NCBI GenBank assembly: GCA_038087875.1
Contig: JAXLNO010000213.1
Span: forward strand, 248,001 to 312,000
DNA from: Malacoraja senta
Lineage: Eukaryota
Direction of reading: 5' to 3'
DNA: 64,000 nt
Positions 51,501-63,843 of this stretch are shown piece by piece; positions within the stretch are counted from its first letter, which is position 1, and each line of letters opens with the position of its first letter. The translations under genes were made by a program, and so were the position numbers. The notes under the pieces are model-generated. The model was not told the origin of the DNA, ran no database searches, and worked only from the letters and a program-made list of their open reading frames with translations.

Positions 51501-51757
51501 AACGAGGTATTACTGAGTTCAGGCCGTCAGAAACACGGCGATAGTCGTCTTTCAATGGATTGGACGACAGGGAAATCTAAACGTCAAATATCTGCTAAGG
51601 ATGGGGTATAAAAACAAGCTTATCTGGGCGATTCATCACATAGATCCAATTACTTACCAAGAATTCCAAGCACTGCTACAATCGGGTAATAAATCATTTC
51701 TGCCTGAACCAGGGAAGGCAGCAGATAAAACGGATAATCGGTGAATATAATTCTCAT
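48565..51757 (-). CDS. Class A orphan GPCR, GPR139/GPR142-like; complement(join(48565..49496,51658..51757)), 343 aa
   Basis: Exon 1 MRIIFTDYPFYLLPSLVQAEMIYYPIVAVLGIL, donor G|GTAAGT; acceptor CCCCTAACACAG|CTAAT (phase 1); AMAAADLL, FTFDRYLMICC, SPVLP, SCCTNTCIY. Confidence 0.92.
49670..50281 (+). mobile_element. Rex1/Babar-type LINE 3' end in GPCR intron
   Basis: Highly similar to 3430-4045. Confidence 0.85.
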
Positions 51758-51969
51758 CCTGGGGAGCTGCGAGAGAGAAGCTCAATGTTCGATGCTGGAA
51801 TGCAACTGACAGCGCGTTCTAGAGAAAGGCTTGATATCTTAGAGATAGTCTTCCCATGGGATCAGGGAGACGAAAACAAGAACATTAACATTACTTCATG
51901 GTATTTGAACATCGCATTAGCAATGCTTACAATTATGATTTCACCACACGATATTTAACCACTAAATAA

Positions 51970-53815
51970 GGGGGGTCGCGGGTGTCAAATGGGATAGTTA
52001 AGGACGGACTTAAAGGGAAAGAGAGTAAAGGGATAGTTCATGACCCAAGAATTAACGGGAAAGAAAGCTGACAAAGGGATAGGAGAGTATGGACAAGTGT
52101 AATAGGGATCGATGTGAAAGGTGAGATGCGTAAGGAATTAAAAGTATTGGATATAAATGCGCGAAGTATAAGAAGTAAAGTAGCTGAGTTTGAGGCTCAG
52201 TTATAGGTTGGGAGATATGACATTGTGAGGATTACTGAGACGTGGCTGCAGGAGGATCGGGCCTGGGAACTTAATATTCGGAGTCATACACCCTATAGAA
52301 AGGATAAGCAGGTGGGCAGAGGAGGGGGGGGGGTAGCTCTGCTGGTGAGGGATGAAATTCAGTCCCTTGCGAAGGAAGACCTAGGGACTGACGAGGTAGA
52401 GTCACTGTGGATTGAGTTCAGGAATTGTAAAGGCAAGAAGACACTAATTGGTGTTATCTATAGACCCCCAAATAGTTGCGCGGATGTAGGGTGTCAGTTG
52501 CAGCAGGAGTTAAAACTGACATGTAATAAAGGCAATGCAACTGTGGTGATGGGAGATTTCAACATGCAGGTAGACAGGGGAAATCAGGTTGGTTCAGGAC
52601 CCCAAGAAAGAGAGTTTGTAGAATGCCTCCGAGATGGATTCTTTGAGCAGCTTGTAATGGAGCCTACCAGAGAAAAGGCAATTCTGGATTTAGTGTTGTC
52701 TAATGAACCAGATTTGATAAGAGAACTCGAGGTAAAGCAACCGCTTGGAGGTAGTGGTCATAATATGATTAGTTTTAATCTGCAATTTGAAAAGGAAAAG
52801 GGTAAATCGGAAGTGGCAGTGATGCAGTTTAACAAAGGGGACTATGAAGGCACGAGTGAGTAGCCGGCCAAGGTAGACTGTAAAGGGATCCTAGATGGAA
52901 TGACGGTAGAACAGCAATGGCAGGAATTTCTGGGCATAATCCGGAAGACGCAGGATCATTTCATTCCAAAAAGGAAGAAAGATTCTAAGGGGAGTAGGAG
53001 ACAACCGTGGCTGGGAAGAGAAGTTAGGGATAGAATAAAACTAAAGGAAAAGGTCTATAACACAGCAGAGAGTAGGCGGAAGCGAGAAGATTGGGAAACT
53101 TTCATAGGACAACGGAAGGAAACAAAGCGGGCAATACGGGCCGGAAAGATGAAGTACGAGGGGAAGCTGGCCAGGAATATAAGGAAGGACAGTAAAAGCT
53201 CCCTTAGATATGTTAAGGGAAAAAGAGTAGCAAAGTCAAATGCGGGTCCCTTGAAGGCAGACACGGGTGAAATTATTATGGGCAACAAGGAAATGGCAGA
53301 AGAGTAGAATAGGTACTTCGGATCTGTCTTCACCAAGGAAGACACAAACAATCTCCCAGATATACTTGAGGACAGAGGATCTAAGGGGGTAGAGGAACTG
53401 AAATACATTTGCATTAGGCGAGAAATAGTATTGGGTAGGCTAATGGAATGAAGGATGATAAATCCCCTGGGCCTGATGGTCTGCATCCCAGGGTCCTCGG
53501 GGAGGTGGCTCTAGAAATAGTGGGCGCATTGGTGATCATTTTCCAATGTTCAATAGATTCAGGGTCAGTTCCTGTCGATTGGAGGATAGCTAATGTTATC
53601 CCACAGAGGGCAGTGGATGCCAAATCACAGGATCGATTTAAGAGAGAGTTAGATAGAGCTCTAGGGGCTGGTTGAATCAAGGGATATGGGGAGAAGGCAG
53701 GCACGGGTTATTGATTGGGGATGATCAGCCATGATCACATTGAATGGCGGTGCTGGCTCGAAGGGCCGAATGTCCTCCTCCTGCACCTATTTTCTCTGTT
53801 TCTACGTATCTATGT
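51970..53815 (+). mobile_element. CR1 LINE ORF2 (APE endonuclease region), internally deleted, with 3' tail
   Basis: NARSI, ITETW, GGGVAL, YRPP, MGDFN, PTREKAILDL, KSPGPDGLHPRVL. Confidence 0.9.
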
Positions 53816-54398
53816 TTCAATGGTTGGCCCATTTGTCAGCTTTTGAACTACATCTGTCCCAACATATTTTCGCCATTTACTTTTCGGAATTAATATGTTT
53901 TCGGAGTTGCTGCGGTAGCAGGTGCAATGACCTCTGACGATGAGTCGTGTCTGCTTGGTGGGTCTCCGGGGTCTAGTGGAATGGCACGTGTGTGTGGCGG
54001 AGGACCAGACGGTATCTGTGTAGAGGAGCAGGCATGAGAGGCATATATAATGGAAGAGAGCCAGCCGTGGTAGGTGGAGGGACCGCCGTGTCTTTTTTTA
54101 TTTTTTATTTTTATTTTATTAGAAGTACAATTGTATACAATCATATTTTCATAATACCTTTTATGTACAGCTTCTTATTTACATTTTTTTTTGAAATAAA
54201 GAAGAAAAAGAAAAAAGTTAGATAATGAAAAATAGAAAAATGTGAGATATATAGTGTGTGAAAAATAAAAATAAAGAATGAAATAAGAAAGTTGAGACAT
54301 AGAAAATAGAAGAAAGAGAATAAAAGAAAAGAAAAGAAGAAAAGAAAATAGAAGGAGATCATTTATAATCTTGACCATGCGCAGTCACGGATTAGCTT

Positions 54399-57300
54399 TT
54401 ACACCTGTTTTGCACCATACGTTTCCAAAAAGACAACAAATGGAGAGCAACTCGTTATGAATTGGTCAAATTTATCTATTAGGAGGAATCGCATTTCCTC
54501 AAGATGTGCGGTATCCAACATACTTGCAATCCACATTTTGAGCGTTGGTATTGGTGTATTTTTCCAAAATTTCAATATTCATTTTTTTGCTATTATTAAA
54601 CGATAATTAAAAATTGACTTTTGAGATGAGCTCAATTTGTTCCCGTCTTCCATTACCCCAAATATAATCAATTCATTATTGGGTTCCATTTTTGTCTTAA
54701 ATAGTTTTGTAAATATTTCGAAAATATCACTCCAAAATCCATGAAGTTTGATACAAGAAACAAAAGAGTGTGTTATAGTTGCTTCTTGGGTTAAACATTT
54801 ATCGCAAATGGGCGATATATTTGGATAACATTTATTTAATCTTGTTTTTGAGTAATATAATCTATGTAAAATTTTAAATTGGATTAGATTATGTCTTGCG
54901 TTAATCGAACACTTGTGAATGTATGTCAAATACTTTTCCCATGTAGCCTTCGTAATTTTGATCAATAATTCCCGTTCCCACTCTTCTCTAATTACCTCGG
55001 TCACAGGTAAATCTATATTTAAGATACTATTATATAAATATGCTATTAATTTTTGTATATCAGCTTTTATATTCATTACTTCTTCCAGTAAATCAGGAAT
55101 TATTTTTTTGATATCCCTGTATGTATGTCTTCAAAAAATTACAAATCTGAAAATATTTAAAATAATGAGTATTTTTCAGTTTAAATTTTAATTGTAATTG
55201 TTGAAATGATAATAAATCTCCCATTTCATACATATCCCCGATCCTTTTAATTCCTAAACTTTCCCATTGATTATATATGTTATCCATCATAGATGGTTTA
55301 TTCGCTATCGGTGTTAACAATGATAGGTTTCTTAATTTTAAGGATAGTTTTATTTGTTTCCATATTCTTATTGTATCTTGTATAATTGGGTTTTTCTTAT
55401 ATATTGTATTGTTCATTTTTTTCGGGGAGAAGATGATTGTTCCTATATTACAAGGATAACAATCCTCTTTCTCCATTTTTATCCATTCTGTCTGTTGAGT
55501 TGAACTATCCAACCAGTAAATTATATTCTTAATATGTATTGCCCAATAGTAATACAAAAAATTAGGGAGTGAAAGTCCCCCGACATCTTTTGGTTTACAT
55601 AAGTGTTCTTTTTTAATTCTATGTGATTTGTAATCCCAAACAAAATTAGTAATATTAGCGTTCAGTTCAGAAAAAAAACATTTTGTTACATATACTGGTA
55701 TAGATTGAAATAGGTATAATAACTGTGGTAAGAAGCTCATTTTAATAGCATTTATTCTGCCTATTAATGATAAAGGGAGTGTTTTCCAAAATTTTATCAT
55801 TATATTAAGTTTATTTATTAAGGGTATAAAATTAGCATTGAATAAAGCTTTATGTTTTCTAGTAATCTGTATACCCAGATATTTGAATTTTTCTGTTGCT
55901 ATTTTAAAGGGGAATTTCAATAAGTGTGTGGATTCTTGAGGTTTTAACGTCATAATTTCACTTTTGTTCCAGTTTATTCTATGTGCTGAAAAGGACCCAA
56001 ATCCCTCTATTAAATTTAATAAATTTGGTATGCTCGTTTGTGAATTTGTTATATATAACAAAATATCGTCTGCATACAATGAAATTTTATTATTTGAGTC
56101 CCTAGTATTATAACCCTGAATATTCGGATGGCTTCTTATACTTTCAGCCAGAGGTTCTATCATAAGGGCAAATAGCAGGGGTGATAAAGCACATCCCTGC
56201 CTATTACCCCTTGATAATTGAAATTTTTGAGATAACATGCTGTTAGTTAATATTCTTGCCATCGGTTTATCATATAATAATTTCACCCATGCAATAAAAT
56301 TCTCTCCCATATTAAATTTTTGTAATACTATGTATAAATACTGCCATTCTACCTGATCAAATGCTTTCTCTGCGTCCAAAGAAATAATTGCTAAGTCTTT
56401 TTCTTCCTTTTTATGTGAGTACATTATATTAAACAGGCGTCTCAAATTATTAAATGAATATCTTTTGGGTATAAACCCCGTTTGATCAGGGTTTATCAAT
56501 TTACTAATATATTTGCTTAGTCTTCTAGCTAAAGTCTTTGCTAGAATTTTCTGGTCGGTATTTAAAAGTGATATAGCTCTATATGAGCCCGGTTCCTCTA
56601 GATCTTTATCTTTCTTTGGAATAAGCGTAATAGTTGATTCTGCTAATGTTTCAGGTAATTTATTTTCTTTAAAAACGTGAGTATATAAATTAAATAGATA
56701 GGGGGTCGTTATCTCATGAAACTTTTTATAAAATTCATTACTAAAACCATCTGGTCCCGGTGTCTTACCATTTTTCAGCAATTTTATTGTTTCACCTATT
56801 TCTTCGATTGTAATTAGCGCTCCTAGTTCTTCTTGTTCCAAAAGGTCAAGTTTTGGTAGATTACATTTATCTAAAAAATTTGTAATTTTACTATCTTCTG
56901 TTTTGGTTTTTGATAAAATTGAACAAATCTTTTATTGATATCTTTAGGTAGTGTTAGTAATTCACCATTCTCGGATTTAATTTTATTTATAGTATTTTCC
57001 TTTTCCTGTTTTTTCAATTGACGCGCCAACAGCTTATGTGGTTTGTCACCAAACTCAAAATGTTCTTGTTTTGTAATTTGGAATAATCTTATTACTCTTG
57101 CCGAGAGAATTCGGTTAAGTTTAAATTTCAGTAGTATTATCTTATTCTGTTTATCTATAGTGGGATCTTTAGCATTATCTAACTCTAACTGTCTTATTTC
57201 TTGTTCTAACAGCATCTGTTGTTTTATTGTTCTTATTTTGAAAAATTCCATATGAAATTATAATTCCTCTAATAAATGCTTTAAAAGTTTCCCATATTAA

Positions 57301-58178
57301 AGAAGGTGAGGTACCTGGTGTATCATTTATCTCAAAAAATGATATAATTTGTTGTTTCAAATATTGATAACCCTGTAAGTCATTTAATATATATGTGTTA
57401 AACCTCCAAAAAAAATTATTTCCCGGCATTCCTTCAAATTTTACTAAAAAAGTCAATGGAGAGTGATCAGAAATACTACTAATATGGTAAGTTGGGTTAA
57501 TTATATATGGCATTAATTTCATATCCACTAAAAAAAATCAATTCTTGAGTATGTTTTATGTACCGAAGAGTAAAACGAGTATTCCCTTCCTGCTGGGTTA
57601 GCAGATCTCCATACATCTGTTATGTTACTATTTTTTATATATGTATTTAGAAATTCACTAGTCTTAGATTTTGTATTACTCCTTCTTTGTTTTGCTGATT
57701 TGTCTAAGTAAGGATCTAAAACACAGTTGAAATCCCCTCCTATTATGACATTTTGATAATTAAACTCCAGTATTATATCTATAATTTTCTCAAAAAATTG
57801 AGGGTTATCAAAATTCGGAGCGTAAATATTTACCATAGTTATTGGGGTAGCATAAATGTCTCCCGAAACTATAATATACCTTCCCTCTTTATCTGATATA
57901 GTATTCTTTAATTTGAACGGTATACCTTTTCGAATAAGAATAGCCGTACCTCTAGATTTAGAAGTAAATGACGAATAATATGCTTGGCCTATCCACTTCG
58001 CCTTTAATCTCATTTGTGTTTCCTGTTTCATGTGAGTTTCTTGCAAGTAGATTATGTCGCTTTTCAAAGATTTTAGGTGAGCAAAAATTGTACCCTTCTT
58101 TATTGGTTCATTGGCACCCCTTATATTCCAACTACAGAATGTGATTCCTCCATTCTTTATTTGCCTATCGTCCTGCAT
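54399..58178 (-). pseudogene. L1 ORF2 (APE endonuclease, RT with YADD, C-terminal Zn finger), several frameshifts
   Basis: ORF pieces 57528-58178, 57175-57528, 56871-57251, 55093-56841, 54579-55076. Confidence 0.92.
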
Positions 58179-59118
58179 TGTATATCAAAGTAATGTTCTT
58201 GAAACATATGGTGCAAACAAATATCTCCGTGTTCTGGACGTTGGGTGGTCATTCCAAATTTTTAAGTTTACATTACATCTCCATCTCCAAAAGTGCCTTA
58301 GATAAAGCAAGAAAAGTTGTGATTTACAATTAATTAAGTGATTTAAAAAAAAAGTGAAATTAAGGTATCTAAAAGCAGGTACCTTAAAGACAAATAGCCA
58401 CCTAAGGTGGCGAAAGAATTATAGACTTCCGTTGATGTTATTTTACAGTGAGCCCCAATCCCTTATTAACACCTCGTAAAAAAAAAAAACTACAAACCGT
58501 CTCGTTTATTCTTGTATAACTTTATCAAACTAGCGTTAGTAAAATGCCCCCAAAAAATAATTTAAAAAAAATTAGTAATAATAATAATAATAACAAAAAT
58601 ATGCAAAGATAAAATATTAAAGAGTTTTAAAAAAAGAACAAATTAATGTAATTAAACCCCAAATCCAAATATAAACCACAACCTATTCTCATTTCTATAA
58701 GTATTTGTACTGTACCAGTTTATCTAGCCAGCTACCCTACAAGCAGGTACCGAGGGGTTAACCTCATTCCTGGATTTTTTCCAAGTTTATGTTGCGTTCC
58801 CACTCAAAAAGAAAGAAAGAAAATGTTAGTAATGTTATAGACATTTTGGTTAATTACAATTTATAAGCAATCGTTTATTCATAATTATTCATAATTACTA
58901 CACACACTCACATTAGTTTTGTTAAAGTTAGTTAGTTAATTGTAATTAGCATATAATAGTTAAATACTCATGTTATCTCGTTCTTTGTACGAGAGCTTTT
59001 CATTCAAGGTTAAACAATATTGTCCAATACATTCCAGACAGATAAGCTCAGTAACTGTCTGAGAAATCCGCCAGTTCCAGCTCCATCTTAGAAATTAAAA
59101 AGTTCCATGTTCATTCCT

Positions 59119-60144
59119 TTAGTCGTCTTCTTCTGATGTTTCCGATGCTTTCCTCATGATATCTTCTGCATATTTAAATGCTTTTTCTGGGTCCGTAAAT
59201 GAGCGCTCAATTTCCTTATAAGTAATTTTCATTTTTGCAGGAAAAACAATACCATATCTGACTTTAGAAATACCCCTCAATATGTTTCTTGTCGGTGTAA
59301 ACAGGTTCATTCTCTGGACAATCTCTGGAGGATAATCACGGAAAAATCGGATCTTTTCCCCACGATATATCAAATTTTCACCATGAACAATCTTCTTCAG
59401 TATAGTTTCCACTGAAGAAATATCAAGTAATTTCACAATTATCTGTCTTGGAGCAGCATTTATGCCTCTTGAGACACGTCCAACTCGTTGAACAGTATCT
59501 ATTCTTAGTTCTCCCGGCAGTTTAAGAACCTCTTTGAGTAATTCAGTAACGAAAGTACGTGTTTGAGATACATGTTCTTCTCGTCCTTCTCTTACTCCAA
59601 CGATTCTCAAATTCTGCCTTCTTGCTCTCGCTTCCAAGTCCAAACATTTGTCAGTCATTCTTGCCAGCTTTTCTGCTTCATCTTTCTTTGATTTTTTCAG
59701 ACTGTTTATTTCCATGATCATCTCTTTCATATCACTTTCCATCTCTTCCATTCTCTCGTCAATGTTGTCCATCTTAGCATTTACACCAGAAAGCTTCTTA
59801 TTATAATCCTTTTCGACTCTAACAATTTCTGAGTTAAGTTTTTTACCAAACTCAATATGTTGCTTCTTCAGCTCCTTTAACTCATCACAGGCACCATCAA
59901 TTTTATGAGAAAATATTTCCATATTATTCTCCATACACTTAATTGTAGTAGTAATTTCTACAAACATTTCCTTTACCTCCAGATCTTTCTTTCCTCCTTT
60001 TGTAGCCATTTCCAGCACAACTCCTTGGCTATCGGGCTGCTCCTCAGAACCTTCTTCAGTTGTTTGCAGAGTATCCAAAACACTTTTCAGCTGGAGGCTT
60101 ATAGTGGTTTTTTTTGGTGCGCGTGAACAAGTCCTCTTGCTCAT
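59119..60144 (-). CDS. L1 ORF1p (coiled coil + RRM + CTD), open 341 aa
   Basis: DLEARARRQNLRIVGVREG, PRQIIVK, IRFFRDY, YGIVFPAKMKIT motifs. Confidence 0.9.
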   Translation of the reverse strand: MSKRTCSRAPKKTTISLQLKSVLDTLQTTEEGSEEQPDSQGVVLEMATKGGKKDLEVKEMFVEITTTIKCMENNMEIFSHKIDGACDELKELKKQHIEFGKKLNSEIVRVEKDYNKKLSGVNAKMDNIDERMEEMESDMKEMIMEINSLKKSKKDEAEKLARMTDKCLDLEARARRQNLRIVGVREGREEHVSQTRTFVTELLKEVLKLPGELRIDTVQRVGRVSRGINAAPRQIIVKLLDISSVETILKKIVHGENLIYRGEKIRFFRDYPPEIVQRMNLFTPTRNILRGISKVRYGIVFPAKMKITYKEIERSFTDPEKAFKYAEDIMRKASETSEEDD

Positions 60145-61690
60145 TTAAAAGTCCGTTATCTAATGATGTTTTCCTTATGCAAACCAAGCAGCTCCGTTGA
60201 GTTATTTTTAACTTTAAAACGGCTTTTTGATAATTTTTACGGGAGTAAAGCTCACTGCAGCGTCCTCAATGTTCCATGACGCTACCGGAAGTCGGGAGCG
60301 CCGTGTCTGACGGAGCGGCAGCCGTGTCTGGCCGAAGGCCAGGGGTGTATGGAGGAGAGGCAGACGTGTCTGGCCGAAGGGCAGACAAATGTGGAGGAGA
60401 GGCTGAGGCGCCTGGCGGAAGGGCAGACAAATGTGGAGGAGAGGCTGACGTGTCGGGCGGAGAGTCGGACGTGTCTGACTGCTAGGGATAATTATTTGGC
60501 GGAGGGGGAGACGTGTTTGACAGAGGGGGAGGTGTTTGGTAGAAGGGGAAGGTGTCTGGTGGAGGGACATACGTGTCTGGAGGAGGTGGATACTTGTCTG
60601 GCTGGATGACAGGCGTGCCTCGTTGATGCGAGGACATGTCTGGCGGAGGGTAGGATATGCCATGCGGAGGGGTCGTGTCTTGCGGGTGGGTATTAGGAAA
60701 AATCTTCTACGACATGTACAGCGCTGCTCCTGCACCCCGACAATATCCCAGTCTGAAGGTTCCCCTGCGATTCTCAAATTCCTTCGTGGAAACCACTCGC
60801 TCCCCCACCCCACCCCACTCCATCGCTGCATGACTGAAATGGTGTGTCCAACGCGACGGGGCTTCCTCATCTGGGGACTGGACGCTGTTGCAGTCTTTTC
60901 CAAGCAGGTGATCGAGTGAGGATGCGTTCACTCTCCCGATGGGAGCTGCTCTGGCGATTGGCTACTGCTGAGTCATGCAGTGTATCAGAGTGGGTTTTGT
61001 GTGCACAGGGTTCCGGGTCCGAGGGTTTGAAATACCGTGGCTTGGTTTGGATTACACTGGTTCCCGGGTGCTGGAAAGGGAGTGCAGGTTACACAAATAA
61101 CCAGGTCCCGAGACGGAATGTCGAATACACAGGGTCGCGTGTGCAGGAAAGGTGGTGTGGAATACCTCTGGTCCAGGACCTGGGATACTGATTAAACAAG
61201 GAGCCGGCTCCTGGGATGGGATTGTGGATTACACAGGGTCCCGGGTGCTGGGCGGGTGTGTGTATTATATAGGGTCCAGGGAGCTGGAATGGTGGTGTGG
61301 TTTACACATGGCCCTGGACCTGGGGTGTAGGTTTCACACCTACCCGTGTCCAGAGACGGGAGTGTGGATTACAAAGGTCCCGGGTACTTGACCGGGGTGT
61401 GGATTACACATGCTCCTCGATCTGGGATGCTGATTACGCAAGGACCCGATTAAACAGTGTCCTGTATCCTGGGACGGTGGTTTGGATTAAACATAGTTCC
61501 AGGCTAGTCTGTGATGTTTGCACCGTGTCCTAGGACGAGGTTTATTCAGTACCCAAGTCCCTGCACTGCCCAGAGTCCTGGAATCTGGGGTGGGATCATA
61601 AAGGGTTCCGGGACGGAGGTTTTGGATCAAAAAACAGCGTCCAGCTCGGTGGCGCGGATTCACTACGTCCTCGGACAAATCATATTGATT

Positions 61691-62095
61691 AGTAAGTAAG
61701 TAAGTAAGTAAGTTTATTGGCCAAGTATTCACATACAAGGAATTTGCCTTGATGCAACGCCCACAAATAACAACATGACCTACAGTGACAGTTACGAATG
61801 ACTCAGAAAACACTAAACAATAATAATAATAAAACATTAATGATAAAACACCATTGATCAAGCATGTGAACCAATAAAATACCAGATCAAAGGGAGGCTA
61901 CAGATTTTTGGCTGTTGAGTAGAGCAACTACTCGTGGATAAAAACTGTTTTTATGTCTGGCTGTGGCAGCTTTGACAGTCCGGAGTCGCCTTCCAGAGGG
62001 AAGTGATTGAAATAGTTTGTGGCCAGGGTGAGGGGGGTCAGAGATGATCTTGCTCGCTCGGTTCCTGGCCCTTGCAGTGTACAGTTCATCAATGG
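61691..62095 (-). mobile_element. Rex1/Babar-type LINE 3' end
   Basis: Paralog of 31130-31537. Confidence 0.8.
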
Positions 62096-62489
62096 ACTTA
62101 GATTACACAGATTTATGTGACGACGTGTGGATTGAAAGAAAACATCCTGAACTAAACAATGTCCGCGTCCTCGCACCGGAGTGTGGATGACACTGGATCC
62201 AAGCCGTAGAGTGGCTGTGTATATTACACCGGGTCAGGGGTCTGTATCCTGGGATTACAGATGGTGTCACTGATTGCACATGGTTTTCAATCGCTGGACG
62301 GGTTGTTAGGTTACACATGGCACTGGGCTCTGGTGTGTCAATGAAAATTTCAGGATCCTGCGATGTCGATAAAACAGAGCCCTGGGACGACGAGGTGTGG
62401 ACGAGAATGAGACCCGGGCCGGAGATTTGTGGATTACACAGGGGTTGTGTCCCGGGTCGGCGGGTGTGGATCACACAGAATCCTTAGAC

Positions 62490-63030
62490 GAGCGGTGGGT
62501 GTGGATAACAGAGTGTGCTGGACGGAGGATGTGGATTACACAGTGTCCTGGGCGGGGGATGTGGATTACACAGTGTCGTGGGCGGGCGGGGGGGATGTGG
62601 AATACACAGTGTCCAGGGTGGGGGATGTGGATTACACAATGTCCAGGGCGGGGGAATGTGGATTACACAGTCCTGGGCGGGCGGGGTGTGTGGATTACAC
62701 AGTGTCGTGGGCGGGCGGGGGGGGATGTGGAATACACAGTGTCCAGGGCGGGGGATGTGGATTACACAATGTCCAGGGCGGGGGATGTGGATTACACAGT
62801 CCTGGGCGGGCGGGGGTGTGCATTACACAGTGTCGTGGGCGGAGGATGTGGATTACACAGTGTCGTGGGCGGAGGATGTGGATTACACAGTGTCGTGGGC
62901 GGGGGATATGGAACACACAGTGTCCAGGGCGGGGGATGTGAATTATACAGTGTCGTGGGCGGGGGGAGGGGGAGGATGATGTGGAATACACAATGTCGTT
63001 GCCGGGCGGGGGTGTGTGGAATACACCGCA
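62490..63030. repeat. 30-bp minisatellite (inverted paralog, fewer units)
   Basis: Unit CACAGTGTCGTGGGCGGAGGATGTGGATTA. Confidence 0.95.
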
Positions 63031-63843
63031 GCACAGCAAAAGGCATTTCGGCCCGTAATATCTGGGCCGATCATGATGTTAAGTTAAATTAGTGTCATCG
63101 GCTTACACATGATATATATCCCTCAGGTATTTGCATATACACGTGCCTATAGGAATACCTCATAAATTCCATGATACTAACAGCCTCCACCACTAACATT
63201 AAAAGCGCATCTGCCACCCTCTGTGTGAAGAATCGTGCCCCGCACATTTCAATTGATCTTTGCTCTCTTAATTTAAACCCATGCCGTCTAGCCTTTGTAT
63301 TTTTTTTAATCAATATGCTAAACCTTTAACGCCCTCTCCAAATGCTTCACACCCTGCAGCGGAGAGCAGATCAGAACTCAGTGGGTCAGGCAGCATTTGT
63401 GGTGGGGATAGACAGGCGCTGTTTCCTGATAGTTCCTTCCCCCAGACTTCTTCATGGTCCCCATACAAAACGCCGTCTGTCCATTCCCTGCGCAGATACA
63501 GCCCGACCCGAGGATTTCCTCCATCAATTTGTGTTTTCCTCGCATTGTTTATTCCGCTTCAGATTAACGACGGCAACCGTAACGCAGTCAGATATGGTGA
63601 GATATGCAACCGTGCAAATGAAGCATAAGACGGAATAGGAGGGAAAGGTGGAGGACATATGATAATAGACACCAGATAATAGACAATAGGCACAGGAGTA
63701 GGCCATTCGGCCCTTCGAACCAGCACCGCGATTCTATGTCAGTATGTGCGCAGTAGAAATTTGGGCATTTGAGTGAGAATATTGGGAGATCAAACTGGGA
63801 TGAGATAAAATGTATGTTGAAATATCAGCATGGTTCCGTGGAT

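Larger units (their letters stand above)
54094..60293 (-). mobile_element. Full-length L1-clade LINE (about 6.2 kb) with 15-bp TSD
   Basis: 5' end GACTTCCGGTAGCGTCATGG; A-rich tail; TSD GGGACCGCCGTGTCT (54079-54093) / GGGAGCGCCGTGTCT (60294-60308). Confidence 0.95.

Noticed and set aside
62490..63030. V(D)J recombination signal array (CACAGTG every 30 bp, 23-nt gap)
   Set aside because: No ACAAAAACC nonamer at 12 or 23 nt, and no V/D/J segments nearby.
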